A stretch of DNA of 64,000 nucleotides from Fimbriimonadia bacterium (GCA_041483895.1 JBGPGO010000011.1:32001-96000); one strand, 5' to 3'. Shown: positions 29,656-40,372, counted from the first letter of the stretch. Notes: a model not told the origin generated them from the sequence alone. Numbers and translations: made by a program.

Positions 29656-30486
29656 TTATTCGTTGAACCGATCAATTGGATCTTGGCTAAGCCGCATCGG
29701 GCCGACGTAGCTCGTCGAAATCACTACATCATCGAACCAGACGCGGTTGATTCGCTTCGAATCGTGCACATACAGATCGAGCGAGAAGGAATTCAGGCGC
29801 AGATCGGTGGTCTCGCGCCAACGAATTCCTTTCCATTCGCCCTGCTTGACCCCATCAACCCAGAACGCCTGCTCGCCATCCGACTTGCCCGGCGCGTTCA
29901 CCTTGATCATCATCTCTAGGCAGACCCATTTGCCACGCGGCATCACGAACGGCTTCTCCGGCATGAATTGATTGCCCCAGTACGGACCCGTTTTGTCCGG
30001 CTTCATGTCGGGGTAGTAGGTGTAGAAGTTCATTGCGCCGGGGGGAGGGTATTTGCCATACGCCCTCCACGGTTCCAGGTTCGAAACAAAGAAATCGGTC
30101 CCAGTTGGCTTTTTGCCCGCCTGCCCGGCGGCAGACCACTTGTTGTCGGTTCGGTTCCCAGCGAGCGCGCACAGATGCATCAGGTTTCCCTGGTCGAAGT
30201 CTTCGGCGAACTTCACATACCATCGAACGTAGACCTGATCGTATCCCGGGAGGAACCATCGCACCATGTGCCCGCCGGCGCCTTTTCCCACCTTTGCCGT
30301 CATCTCCACTGAGCGCTTGCCCGAATGCACGTTCGCGGCATCTGTAGTAAGGCGCAATCGAGTGGTGTCGTCGAATCGCGCGTCACCCCAGTGGTCCTTC
30401 AGTTCGCCTTTCTCAAAACCGTCCTGGAAGATGACATCGGCATGGGACAACGTCATCATAGCAAACGCTATTAGCAAACAGTTCAT
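29656..30486 (-). CDS. Secreted beta-jelly-roll protein, polysaccharide lyase-like
   Basis: Signal peptide; VYVRWYVKFAEDF, GKWVCLEMMIKVNAPGKSDGEQAFWVDG, VWFDDVVIS. Confidence 0.65.
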   Translation of the reverse strand: MNCLLIAFAMMTLSHADVIFQDGFEKGELKDHWGDARFDDTTRLRLTTDAANVHSGKRSVEMTAKVGKGAGGHMVRWFLPGYDQVYVRWYVKFAEDFDQGNLMHLCALAGNRTDNKWSAAGQAGKKPTGTDFFVSNLEPWRAYGKYPPPGAMNFYTYYPDMKPDKTGPYWGNQFMPEKPFVMPRGKWVCLEMMIKVNAPGKSDGEQAFWVDGVKQGEWKGIRWRETTDLRLNSFSLDLYVHDSKRINRVWFDDVVISTSYVGPMRLSQDPIDRFNE

Positions 30487-31748
30487 ATCCCGCTATTCTC
30501 ACTCATGGCGATGCTTCCCTGCACCGGCTTGCTCGACTTATCCACGCATGCCGCCTTTTGGATGATGGCTTTAGGATTTTGATTCGTTATCGGATCCGCG
30601 GCGCGGTAGTTGCGCATGCTGCATCCGACGAGGGAAATCGACACGGTATCGGCGCCTTCGACAAGCAGAAAGTCCTGGGACTGGCCCAGGGTTGTCAGAG
30701 CGCCGTTGGGTCCGGAGAACGACTCCACGTTGGTCATCGATACATGGCCTTTGCCCCGAACAATGATCGGATGTATGTCTTCGATCCGCGGCCCGCAATT
30801 CGCGATAATTGATCCGTTGCACAGCATCCACGTGCGATTGAAATCGTTGTCACCCTGCTTGAGGATGCCTACCGTTACGCAGTCGAAGTTGAAGTTCGTA
30901 ATCTGTCCATACGACGCAGGGCCGCAGGAAAGCCCACCGTATGTGCCAAACGTGAACACACCCTCCAACTGTGCGTTGTCCGTGTGATCGATGTCATAGG
31001 CGAACGTCTTTTTGGCAACGACGGAATCGATGACCGCCTTGGAATACCCGCCCCGGAACAGACGCAAATTGGCAGGATTAACATGGCACTCCAACACGCG
31101 CGGAATGTCGTAGCATCGATCGATTCGCACGAACCGGCCGCTAAGCGGGTAACCGTAGCAATGCTCGATCAGAATCTGTTCGCACGGGGCGCTGGGCGCG
31201 GCGGCAAAGTCCATCGCGGTGTACTCTCCATAGAAGGTCAGGCAGGAAAGTGTGACGCCTTGCGCCGGACTGGTCTGCGATACTTGAATCGTTGGAGGGT
31301 AGGCGATTATTTTGGCCGGATCGGATAGCGTCTGGTCGGGATACCAGAACTGAATCCCTCTCACCTGTGTAGCGGCTTCGACCGTTAGGAATGGCCGTTC
31401 CCTATCACGAATTGCGATTACGCTTCCGACGGGCTGGGCCTTCGTCGGATGCTTCGTGCCGCGGCCGACCGGACCGTGCACGCCGATCAGGGATACGTTC
31501 CGGCGCAGGACGATTCCGCCGCCAATCGGATACGGCTCGTCCGAGGGTTCGACGTACAGAGCGGCTCCGCGGGAACTGGCCCAGTCGATGGCGGCTTGGA
31601 GCTTCAGGGCGTTGAGTTCCGGGGTGTTGGTCGGCAAAACGCCGAAGGACTGGATGCTCCTGCCGACCAACACATTCATCGCACCGTCAGTTTGTGGCGG
31701 TACGCAGAGCGTGCTGAGCGCAATCAGGAGTGTCATTTGGCAGATCAT
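30483..31748 (-). CDS. Secreted right-handed beta-helix (pectin lyase-like) protein
   Basis: Signal-like N-terminus; LQAAIDWASSRGAALYV...NVSLIG typical of pectate_lyase_3-type N-termini. Confidence 0.65.
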   Translation of the reverse strand: MICQMTLLIALSTLCVPPQTDGAMNVLVGRSIQSFGVLPTNTPELNALKLQAAIDWASSRGAALYVEPSDEPYPIGGGIVLRRNVSLIGVHGPVGRGTKHPTKAQPVGSVIAIRDRERPFLTVEAATQVRGIQFWYPDQTLSDPAKIIAYPPTIQVSQTSPAQGVTLSCLTFYGEYTAMDFAAAPSAPCEQILIEHCYGYPLSGRFVRIDRCYDIPRVLECHVNPANLRLFRGGYSKAVIDSVVAKKTFAYDIDHTDNAQLEGVFTFGTYGGLSCGPASYGQITNFNFDCVTVGILKQGDNDFNRTWMLCNGSIIANCGPRIEDIHPIIVRGKGHVSMTNVESFSGPNGALTTLGQSQDFLLVEGADTVSISLVGCSMRNYRAADPITNQNPKAIIQKAACVDKSSKPVQGSIAMSENSGI

Positions 31749-32152
31749 GTGGCTAGTATGGCCGCAATCGATCGCATTATCACTTGGCAAAAGTCATTGG
31801 CGCTCGGAGATACGCGAGGATTGTTGTCAGCAGGTCGATCCAAAGTGACCAATCTGCGCAACTCGTAGCAAAAATAAATACCAGACCTACCAAAATGCCT
31901 CCCACAATTTCTCCATCGCAAACGGTCATAGTCCGCGACCATCTCGTAGGCGGTAAGGGAGCCGTCGTTCTTATTATCCATAGTGAGGACGAGAAAGGAA
32001 CTCAGCGGATCGTCTCCTTCCTGCACTCCGTGGCAGGCAAATTGCAGGTATCAGTCCTTCCCAGCCTCCGCTTTCGTGCAGTGTCCCTAACCTTCACGGA
32101 GAGAAATGGTACTCGATCCTAAGCACTTTAGATGTGCATCGTAAAGTGATCA

Positions 32153-34147
32153 TTGGATTTCACGCAAATGTTGGATATCGTGCGATTTGCGATGGTAGAT
32201 ATTCATTCCACCCGGGACACGTCCAGCCAGAACCTAGCGATTCAGACTCCTGAATTTGCGGCCGCACTCGCTATGACAGCGGATCAATATCAAGCCCGGT
32301 TAGACTCGCTTGTTCGTCAGGGATATCGTCAGACCTGGATCCAAGGACACGGTACAGATTCCGGACCGGCATTGTTCAACGCGATTTGGATTCGTGATCC
32401 GGACCCTCCAGCATGGATCGCGGATTTGGACAAGCCCGCAACAGAGTATCTAGCCGCGTTCAAAGAGCGCGCCAAAGCCGATTTGCGTCCTCGCTGCATC
32501 TCGTTTTATCGTTCCTTCGGTGAATATCTATTCGCCGCCGTGTGGGACGGGGCCGCGTACGGAACAGTTTGGATCGCCTGCGATGGCGCCGACGATGCCA
32601 ATTGTCGAACCGTATTCGAGGATCTGGGTCGCCAAGGATTTAGGCCGGAATTGATAGAGCCCGAACGATTTCCCGCCGATACCAATGGTGCTCTTGACAT
32701 CGACGCCAGAAAACTTCATGCCGAAAACTTGTTGGCTGCGGTACACGACAGGCAGCCAGTTGTCTTCTGTGGATATGACACCGAAGCCGGGACTAAGTTC
32801 TGCGCGCATTGGGCAAAAGTGAATCGAGAGTTTCACAGAATTGGAAAGTCGCTGCTGACTCCGGCGGATACGGAAACCATTCACAAAACCATCGAAACCT
32901 TCATGGCGAAACGCAATATTCCCAATGCATCCCTCGCGATCGCAAACGACGGCAAGCTCAAATTTGCCTATGGGTATCATTACGCATCGGATCATCGCGC
33001 CCCTTCCAATGAATTATCACTTTTCCGAATTGCCAGCATCAGCAAACCGATAACCGGTGCGGCGATCATGAACCTGGTGGAGGATGGCCTGCTTGATCTG
33101 AATGCCCCAGTCTTTCCGTTTTTAGGAATCCACGCCGAACATCCTGGGCAGAATGACATCACAATTCGCCACCTCCTGCAACATCTCGGAGGCTGGAGAA
33201 TCGCCGCCGATATCGACGAATCGATGCTCCGACTTGGCTTCGAGCTTCCGAATCCCGAGGCCGCCAAGTGGATCGATCCGATGTTCCTGGATGACTTCGT
33301 TCCCACCGAACACTTTCCGATAAGCCAACAGCAGATTATCGATTTTGTGGTGAAGAGAACTCTGGATCACATCCCCAGCACGGTATATGAATACTCCAAT
33401 TTTGGCTATTGTCTCTTGGGCCGAGTGATTGAGCAGGTCACAGGAAAAGCATACGAAGACTATTGCAAAGAGAAGATTCTGTCACCCCTCGGAATCGTTC
33501 GCACGAAAGTCGGAAGTACTCTCTTCGAGAAGAAGGACCCGGACGAGGTTCATTACTTCACTCGCGGCGCGGGCCTGTGCCCAAGTGTGATGGGGGGGCC
33601 TCCTCGTCCGGAAGCGATGATGGCTTACGGTGGATTCAATTTAGAAAACATGGATTCCCACGGCGGCTGGATTTCATCCGCGGCAGACCTGGTGCGATTT
33701 GGTTCTTGCTTTGACGATCCGGCCACTTGCAAAATCTTGCGGCAAGATTCCGTCGAAATGATGTTTGCGCCGCCGCCTGCTCCATTCCCCCTCGCGCCTG
33801 ATGCCAAGAGCTGGTATGCGTGCGGATGGAGGGTGGAGATTGACGCAAACGGCCGGATGATGACGAGACACGCCGGCAGCCTACCGGGGACCGCAACCGA
33901 GTTGGTCCGCCGCCACAATAACCAAGGAAGTCGCTGCACATTCTCCGTGCTGCTCAACAAGCGACATCCATCCGCGGATCCGCCCAATGATCTGCCCGGC
34001 TTTCTTGAATACCAATCGAACCCGGATCCAAATCCCGACATCGATTGGAACATCCGCGGCATCGTGGAGGGACTGATCGACAGCATATCCTCTTGGCCCG
34101 ATGGAAATCTGTTTGGACAGTATTATCCGCATCCCCAGGGCATGTGA
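32153..34147 (+). CDS. Serine hydrolase (beta-lactamase-related) with N-terminal BTRD1-type repeats
   Basis: FRIASISKPIT (SxxK), YSNFGY (YxN), HAGSLPG; repeats YQARLDSLVRQGYR...FNAIW; start uncertain (32153/32168/32192). Confidence 0.83.
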   Translation: MDFTQMLDIVRFAMVDIHSTRDTSSQNLAIQTPEFAAALAMTADQYQARLDSLVRQGYRQTWIQGHGTDSGPALFNAIWIRDPDPPAWIADLDKPATEYLAAFKERAKADLRPRCISFYRSFGEYLFAAVWDGAAYGTVWIACDGADDANCRTVFEDLGRQGFRPELIEPERFPADTNGALDIDARKLHAENLLAAVHDRQPVVFCGYDTEAGTKFCAHWAKVNREFHRIGKSLLTPADTETIHKTIETFMAKRNIPNASLAIANDGKLKFAYGYHYASDHRAPSNELSLFRIASISKPITGAAIMNLVEDGLLDLNAPVFPFLGIHAEHPGQNDITIRHLLQHLGGWRIAADIDESMLRLGFELPNPEAAKWIDPMFLDDFVPTEHFPISQQQIIDFVVKRTLDHIPSTVYEYSNFGYCLLGRVIEQVTGKAYEDYCKEKILSPLGIVRTKVGSTLFEKKDPDEVHYFTRGAGLCPSVMGGPPRPEAMMAYGGFNLENMDSHGGWISSAADLVRFGSCFDDPATCKILRQDSVEMMFAPPPAPFPLAPDAKSWYACGWRVEIDANGRMMTRHAGSLPGTATELVRRHNNQGSRCTFSVLLNKRHPSADPPNDLPGFLEYQSNPDPNPDIDWNIRGIVEGLIDSISSWPDGNLFGQYYPHPQGM

Positions 34148-34312
34148 TCTTCCCCGTCACCCGTATCATTTCCTAGGGCGCGCATTGAATCTCGAGAGGA
34201 AGTTTTCGATTGCCAATGGCCCTCACAACGGGGGCAGGTCATTGGGACTGGAATATCAAAAGGCATTTAGCCTCCTAATCTGCGAGCGGGCGCCCAGGGT
34301 AAGATTTACGAC

Positions 34313-36043
34313 ATGAGCCTCTTGATTGCCCTTACCATGCTGTTCGCTTCCGGAGTTTTCGTCCAAAGCCCTGACCCCTATGCCAACGAGACGGTGTCGC
34401 AGCGCGATGCCCGCATGAAGTGGTTTCGCGAAGCTCGCTTTGGGTTGTTCATCCATTGGGGCGTCTACTCGGTCCCTGCCGGAACCTATGACGGCAAAGA
34501 AATCGACGGGGCCGGCGAGTGGATCATGCATGAAGGCAAAATCCCGACCGCTCGATACCAAGCCTATGCAAAACAGTTCAACCCCGTCAAATTCAACGCC
34601 GAAACTTGGGTCCAAATCGCGAAGAGCGCGGGAATGAAATACATCGTGATCACCTCAAAACACCACGATGGGTTTGCCATGTTCAATTCGGCGACCTCCC
34701 CTTGGAGTATTACGCAAGCGACGCCGTTTGGCCGCGATCCGCTAAAGGAGCTGGCCGCCGCCTGCAAGAAATACGGCATGAAGTTGGGCTTTTACTACTC
34801 CCAAGCCCAGGACTGGAATCATCCGGGCGGCGCCGCCGCCGGAGGGCATTGGGACAAAGCGCAAGACGGCGACATGACCGAGTACATCAAGAACATCGCG
34901 GCGCCCCAGGTTCGGGAGATTCTCACCAAGTACGGAAAGGTGGCCTGTCTTTGGTGGGACACCCCCTATGACATGACGAAGGAGAGAGCGGACCTGCTTC
35001 TGCCATTGCTCAAGTTGCAGCCAGGGATCATCAACAACAATCGCCTTGGCGGCGGCTATCACGGCGACACCGAGACCCCCGAACAGTTCGTTCCCGCCAC
35101 GGGCTATCCGGGACGGGACTGGGAAACATGCATGACCATGAACGATACCTGGGGGTACAAGAGCACCGATCACAACTGGAAGTCCTCGACGGAATTGATT
35201 CGAAATCTGGTTGATATCGCATCCAAAGGCGGCAACTACTTGCTCAACGTCGGGCCGACGAACTTAGGGGAGATTCCGGCCGCTTCGGTGGAGCGGCTCC
35301 AGGCGATGGGAGAGTGGATGCACGAGAATAGCGAGGCCATCTATGCAACGACGGCAAGCCCGTTCAAGAAACTCAGTTGGGGCCGATGCACGAAGGTGCT
35401 GAACAGATCAGGCGCGACTCTCTACCTTCACGTTTTCGACTGGCCGGCGAATCGAGAGCTGCTGATTCCTGGACTAAAGAACGAGACGTCGGGCGCCTCG
35501 ATGCTCGTCGGCGGTGAGAAACTGGTTGCTAAAAACACCCCGGACGGAGTGGTTATTTCGCTGCCCGCGAAGGCCCCGGATTCTGTCTCCTCGACAGTTG
35601 TCCTCAAGGTCAAGGGTTCGCTGGCGATCGAGCAGCCTGTCATCACTCAAAGCGCTGACAAGTCTCTCTCCCTCCAACCTGCCGACGCGATCCTACATGG
35701 CGCCGGCATCCAAACTGAAGGTGGCGGCGAACACGAGAATATCGGCTACTGGACGAACCCTGGTGATTGGGTCGAGTGGCAATTCAAGGCCCTCTCCTCC
35801 GGGAAGTACGCCTTGTCCGCTGAGGTGGCATCGCAGGCGGGCACGTCAATCGCCCTTACTATGGGAGGGCAGACGCTCAATGTGACGATTCCAAAGACCG
35901 GGAGCTATTCGGACTATCAGCGGCTGACTTTCGGGGAGATCGAGATACCCCGAACCGGTCTGACATCGTTGGCGATTAGAGCGGTTACGAATGGATGGCA
36001 GCCCTTCAACCTGAGAACGATCAACATGGTACCGGTTCGATAA
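34313..36043 (+). CDS. GH29 alpha-L-fucosidase with C-terminal CBM-like domain
   Basis: WFREARFGLFIHWG, TSKHHDGF, LWWD, WETCMTMNDTWGY, GGNYLLNVGP. Confidence 0.92.
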   Translation: MSLLIALTMLFASGVFVQSPDPYANETVSQRDARMKWFREARFGLFIHWGVYSVPAGTYDGKEIDGAGEWIMHEGKIPTARYQAYAKQFNPVKFNAETWVQIAKSAGMKYIVITSKHHDGFAMFNSATSPWSITQATPFGRDPLKELAAACKKYGMKLGFYYSQAQDWNHPGGAAAGGHWDKAQDGDMTEYIKNIAAPQVREILTKYGKVACLWWDTPYDMTKERADLLLPLLKLQPGIINNNRLGGGYHGDTETPEQFVPATGYPGRDWETCMTMNDTWGYKSTDHNWKSSTELIRNLVDIASKGGNYLLNVGPTNLGEIPAASVERLQAMGEWMHENSEAIYATTASPFKKLSWGRCTKVLNRSGATLYLHVFDWPANRELLIPGLKNETSGASMLVGGEKLVAKNTPDGVVISLPAKAPDSVSSTVVLKVKGSLAIEQPVITQSADKSLSLQPADAILHGAGIQTEGGGEHENIGYWTNPGDWVEWQFKALSSGKYALSAEVASQAGTSIALTMGGQTLNVTIPKTGSYSDYQRLTFGEIEIPRTGLTSLAIRAVTNGWQPFNLRTINMVPVR

Positions 36044-36368
36044 GAGTTGGTTCTCCTCTTGCAATCCTGAGGGATCACCTTTGATCCTCGCGCATGTATG
36101 TCAGTGCTGGTTAGCGCCGTGATTCGTCATGCCGCGGGCTAGAACCTTGTCTATGTGGAAGATCGGTCGGCCAAGTTTCAGTCCGACAAAGTGCGTGGCG
36201 ATTTCATAGCGGTCTCCGCCGTTTACACTCTTCATATCTAGCGTTTGCCGTCGAACCAGCCCATTCTTCATTAAACCGAAGATATCACAAGTGATATACG
36301 AGCCGCGACGTTTCAAGAATCGATTCACCCAAATAGTTCCCGCCACGGGGCAATTCCGGTCAAATTGA

Positions 36369-37331
36369 TTAAGCAACTGAGCGTCTCTTCAAGCGGTCCA
36401 GAAGCACGGCGGCGAGAAGGATCGCGCCGCTGATGAGATACTGATAGAAAGTGGGAACGCTCTTCAAATCCATAATGTTCTGCACGGTGCCCATGATCAG
36501 CACGCCGACAATCACGTGGTGGATCGAGCCGATACCGCCGGTTAAGGAAACTCCTCCAAGCACACAGGCGCTGATGACCCGCAATTCGAGCCCGACCATC
36601 CCCTTCGGGTCGCCTAGCTGCTGTTGCGCGGCACTCACTACGCCTGCGAGCCCGGCAAGAAACGACTGAAGTGTAAAGATGGCGATCTTCGTCCGCACCG
36701 TTGGGATGCCGGCCAGCCGCGCCGCCTCCCGGTTACCGCCGATCGCCAATGCGTTTCGTCCAAATACGGTCATATGGAGGAGAAATCCGAAGGCCGCGAC
36801 GCAAAGGATGAAGGTCCAGATCGGTACTGGCAGACCGAGAAAGCTGTGGGTACCAAGGCTTGCGAAAACCTCGCTGCCAATCCCAAGCGAGTTGCCGTCG
36901 TGCAACAGGTAGGCCAATCCCCGGACGATCTGCATTGTCGCCAACGTCGTGATTAGGGCGTTGATGCCGAACGAAGCGATGATGATCCCATTAAACAGCC
37001 CGATGCAGGAACAGGCGAGGAGACAGATGGGAACCGCCAAGATGGAGCCACCCATTCGATCGAGCAGAACCGCGGTGAGCATCCCAGCGAACGCCGCCAC
37101 CGATCCGACGGATAGATCGAAGTCGCCCGCCGCTAGGCAGAGCAGCATGCCACAGGAGACAATCCCCGTGGTGGTGACGGAAAGGCCCAGAGAATAGATC
37201 AAGTTCGTCTGGGTGAGAAAGTTGTTCACGGTGAGCGACGCGAAGACGAAGAGCGCGCCGAACAGGATGACCATCCCGCCGTTGTCCCAAAGGTTCCGGA
37301 ACCACTCGGCACGTTTCGATTCGGTCTTCAC
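36369..37331 (-). CDS. araH: L-arabinose ABC transporter permease
   Basis: WDNGGM, AAGDFDLSVGS, INALITTLATMQIVRGLAY, ELRVISACVLGGVSL, TFYQY. Confidence 0.85.
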   Translation of the reverse strand: MKTESKRAEWFRNLWDNGGMVILFGALFVFASLTVNNFLTQTNLIYSLGLSVTTTGIVSCGMLLCLAAGDFDLSVGSVAAFAGMLTAVLLDRMGGSILAVPICLLACSCIGLFNGIIIASFGINALITTLATMQIVRGLAYLLHDGNSLGIGSEVFASLGTHSFLGLPVPIWTFILCVAAFGFLLHMTVFGRNALAIGGNREAARLAGIPTVRTKIAIFTLQSFLAGLAGVVSAAQQQLGDPKGMVGLELRVISACVLGGVSLTGGIGSIHHVIVGVLIMGTVQNIMDLKSVPTFYQYLISGAILLAAVLLDRLKRRSVA

Positions 37332-38836
37332 GATGCCGACTCCGACTGCGGCAGGGCGAGTTCCAAGAGCGCGTCAGCCGTCGCGTTCTCGCGGGTGAGC
37401 TCGCCAACCAGCACACCCTCCCGCATGACGTACACACGGTCGCTCAGACCAAGCACCTCTGGGATCTCGCTCGACGCAAAAAGAACGGCGGCCCCGCCCT
37501 TCGCCAGGTCACGAATGATCCCGTAGATCTCTTCCTTTGCGCCGATGTCGATTCCTCGCGTCGGTTCGTCCAGCAACAAAACTCCCACTTTGTGGCTTAG
37601 CACGCGGCCCAGGATCGCCTTTTGTTGATTCCCGCCAGATAGGTTTTCGATCGATTGCGACAGGCCGGCAATCCGGATACGAAATCGTTCGACCGCCGCT
37701 TTCGCATTCCGTCGCTCGCGCCGGGGGTCGATCACGAAACCAAGCGGCGAAAACCGGTGGCGGACGCCGAGGTTGATATTGTCCTGCACGCTGGCCATCG
37801 GCACGATGCCTTCCGCCTTGCGATCCTCTGGGCACCAAGCCAATCCGCGGCGAAGCGATGCTGTTGGAGTGCTCGTCGCAATGGGACGTCCGTTCGCCTG
37901 CACTCGCCCGCTTCGTCGTTTCGTCGCGCCGTAAATCAGTTTGAGCGCCTCCGTTCGGCCCGCCCCGACAAGTCCGAACAACCCAACGATCTCGCCACCC
38001 CGAACCGAGAGCGTGACGGGGCGCGCGATCCCAGGCCCCATCACATCCGATACATCGAGCGCCACACCGCCGTGGGGTTGGGTCCCAATTGGAGCGATGA
38101 GGCCACCCACCTCTCGCCCCACCATCAGCCGAACCAAATCCTTCTTCGTGACAGTCTCCAATTGGGGAAAGGTCTCGATATGCTTGCCGTCCCGAAACAC
38201 CGTGACCGCGCCGCACAGTTCGAAGATTTCTTCCATTCGATGTGACACATAGAGGATCACTCTGCCCTCATCTCGCAATTGGCGAATCACCGCAAACAGC
38301 CGAGCCACCTCCCTGCCGCTGAGGGAACTGGTCGGCTCATCGAAGGCCAGCACCTTCGCGTCATACGACAGCGCCCGAGCGATCTCCACTATCTGCCGCT
38401 GACCGATGGGAAGGGACCCCAATCGCGCTCGCGGGTTGATCTCCTCTCCTACCCAACGAAGCAGCCGTTCCGCCTCACGTGCCAAGGTTCCGCGGCGGAT
38501 GCAGCCAAACCGGTGAGGCAGGTGACCGAGGAACAGGTTGTCCGCGACGGAAAGATTGTCGACGAGCTGCAGCTCTTGATGGATGATCGCGATGCCGCCT
38601 GCGATTGCCTCGTAGGTGTTGCGAAAATTCCTCTCTTTGCCGCCCAGCCGGATGAGGCCTTCGTCGGCGCGATACGCGCCGCTCAATATCTTGAGCAGCG
38701 TGCTCTTACCCGCCCCGTTTTCTCCGATCAGGGCATGGACGGTACCAGCGCCAACTCCAAACGAGATGGCGTCCAATGCACGGACGCCGGGGAAGCTTTT
38801 CCCGATGCCCTCGAACTCCAGGAACGGTGCGCTCAC
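37328..38836 (-). CDS. araG: L-arabinose ABC transporter ATP-binding protein
   Basis: Double ABC domain: GENGAGKST, AFDEPTSSLS, CPEDRKAEGIVP, LSGGNQQK. Confidence 0.87.
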   Translation of the reverse strand: MSAPFLEFEGIGKSFPGVRALDAISFGVGAGTVHALIGENGAGKSTLLKILSGAYRADEGLIRLGGKERNFRNTYEAIAGGIAIIHQELQLVDNLSVADNLFLGHLPHRFGCIRRGTLAREAERLLRWVGEEINPRARLGSLPIGQRQIVEIARALSYDAKVLAFDEPTSSLSGREVARLFAVIRQLRDEGRVILYVSHRMEEIFELCGAVTVFRDGKHIETFPQLETVTKKDLVRLMVGREVGGLIAPIGTQPHGGVALDVSDVMGPGIARPVTLSVRGGEIVGLFGLVGAGRTEALKLIYGATKRRSGRVQANGRPIATSTPTASLRRGLAWCPEDRKAEGIVPMASVQDNINLGVRHRFSPLGFVIDPRRERRNAKAAVERFRIRIAGLSQSIENLSGGNQQKAILGRVLSHKVGVLLLDEPTRGIDIGAKEEIYGIIRDLAKGGAAVLFASSEIPEVLGLSDRVYVMREGVLVGELTRENATADALLELALPQSESAS

Positions 38837-38844
38837 GATTGCAG

Positions 38845-39879
38845 TTAGTGCGGAAGCCCTTGGCTATCCAGAATTCGCCTGTAGTTGTCGCGCGTGATCA
38901 GGATTCCGTCGGTGTAGGTGATCTTCGGCGGCTCTTTCCCCTCCGTGAGCCACTTGAACATCATCTCACATGTGTCGAAGCCGTGCCGCTTCGCCTGCAG
39001 AAGAATGGAGCCATACAGGCCGGTCGGCCTCGGCTTTTTGAGGTCTTCCACCGCCGAATCACCGTTGATGCCGATGCCGATCACTCGGCCGGCAGGGATA
39101 TTGAATGCTTCCGTCGCGCGGACGGCGCCCATCACACCCGTGTCGTTCATCGAAGCGATAAGCCAGTTCTTCACGTTCGGGTTTTGCGTGAGCACGACGG
39201 TCGCCGCGTCGCGGCTGCCGGGAATGTCCGTCGTCTTAATCGGCGAGCGAATGATCTTGTCCTTCGGAAATCCACCGGCGATTGCCGCCTCGATCGCTCC
39301 CTCTGTTCGCTCACGCGCCGTGTCGAGCTGATCGTAGGTCAACACCATCATCGAGGTTTCTTCCGTTTTCCATGCGCGCTTCTTCATTTCTCCGAGAATC
39401 AAAGTGCCGACGGTGTTCCCGATCTTGCGGGCACTGATGCCGACGTGAGGCACGTCGAGGAACTTGCCGTCCGGCCCAACCAACTGGTCGTCAACCGTCA
39501 ACAGCTTGAGGTTTCGCTGCTTCGCGCGGGCAACGATCGCGGATCCAAGTTTCACGTCGGGCGTGCAGAGGATGAGCCCCTGGGCGCCCTGCGCCGCCAC
39601 GTTCTCGATCTTAGAGAGCACCTGGTCGCCGTCGGGCGCGCCAATTGTGATTAGCTCGAAGCCGTATTTCTTCGATGCCTCGCCGGCGAACCGCCATTCG
39701 AGCTGAAACCAGGGTTCTTCCGGCTGCTTCACCATGAAGGCGATTTTCACCTTGCCCTGCGGCACTTTGCCCGTTCCTGTGGTGGTCTTGTCCGAGCTGC
39801 AGCCCGCGAACAGCGTGAGGATAGCTACGGCAAGGAGTGGCCGGACTGGGTTGAATGGCGGGATGTACTTGTTTCGCAT
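38845..39879 (-). CDS. araF: L-arabinose-binding protein (lipoprotein)
   Basis: VKQPEEPWFQLEW, CTPDVKLGSAIV, VDDQ, LDTARERT, MND as in AraF; lipobox LFAGC. Confidence 0.88.
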   Translation of the reverse strand: MRNKYIPPFNPVRPLLAVAILTLFAGCSSDKTTTGTGKVPQGKVKIAFMVKQPEEPWFQLEWRFAGEASKKYGFELITIGAPDGDQVLSKIENVAAQGAQGLILCTPDVKLGSAIVARAKQRNLKLLTVDDQLVGPDGKFLDVPHVGISARKIGNTVGTLILGEMKKRAWKTEETSMMVLTYDQLDTARERTEGAIEAAIAGGFPKDKIIRSPIKTTDIPGSRDAATVVLTQNPNVKNWLIASMNDTGVMGAVRATEAFNIPAGRVIGIGINGDSAVEDLKKPRPTGLYGSILLQAKRHGFDTCEMMFKWLTEGKEPPKITYTDGILITRDNYRRILDSQGLPH

Positions 39880-39898
39880 TTTTTGATCTTCCCTTTGA

Positions 39899-40213
39899 CT
39901 GGATGCGACCGGTCTCCCGACCGAGTCGCAAGTTCATCGCAAGTTTCCTGGATGCCTCTGGATGCGACCGGTCTCCTGACCGAGCCGCAAGTTCTCAGAT
40001 TGCGCCGATAACCCTCTGGATGCGACCGGTCTCCTGACCGAGTCGCAAGTTCTCAGATTGCGCCGACAACAATGCTACTAACCCTCTGGATGCGACCGGT
40101 CTCCCGACCGAGTCGCAAGTTCTCGGATTGCGCCGACAACAATGCTACTAACCCTCTGTATGCGACCGGTCCCCTGACCGAATCGCAAGTTCTCGGATTG
40201 CGCCGAAAACAAT
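39899..40213 (+). repeat. Tandem array of five 37-nt hairpin repeats, family E
   Basis: CTGGATGCGACCGGTCTCC(C/T)GACCGAGTCGCAAGTTC at 39899, 39958, 40016, 40086, 40156 (last degenerate); linkers mostly near-identical. Confidence 0.92.
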
Positions 40214-40372
40214 GGTACGACGAAACAATGCGATTCTCCTGGGCGCCACGCGATTCGAATGGGGCAGCGCACCGGTCCGGAGCCACGATGCTGACGGAAT
40301 CACGACAAAATCTACCTGTGGCAGTGATCCACGGTGTCCTCGCGCTGCTGTACGACATCCGCTCGCCGGCTG

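Noticed and set aside
31790..32150. Possible gene remnant between the beta-helix gene and the serine hydrolase
   Set aside because: No recognisable motif in any frame
32153..34147. Antibiotic-resistance beta-lactamase
   Set aside because: Generic SxxK serine hydrolase with HAG triad and accessory repeats; no evidence for a class A/C resistance enzyme
36101..36376. 91-aa ORF downstream of araH
   Set aside because: TTG start, no SD or domain, atypical composition; cannot support as a gene
39899..40213. CRISPR array (37-nt palindromic repeat, 21-33 nt spacers)
   Set aside because: Spacers are near-copies of one another, lengths are irregular, no cas genes or AT-rich leader are present, and the same repeat occurs inside a nearby CDS
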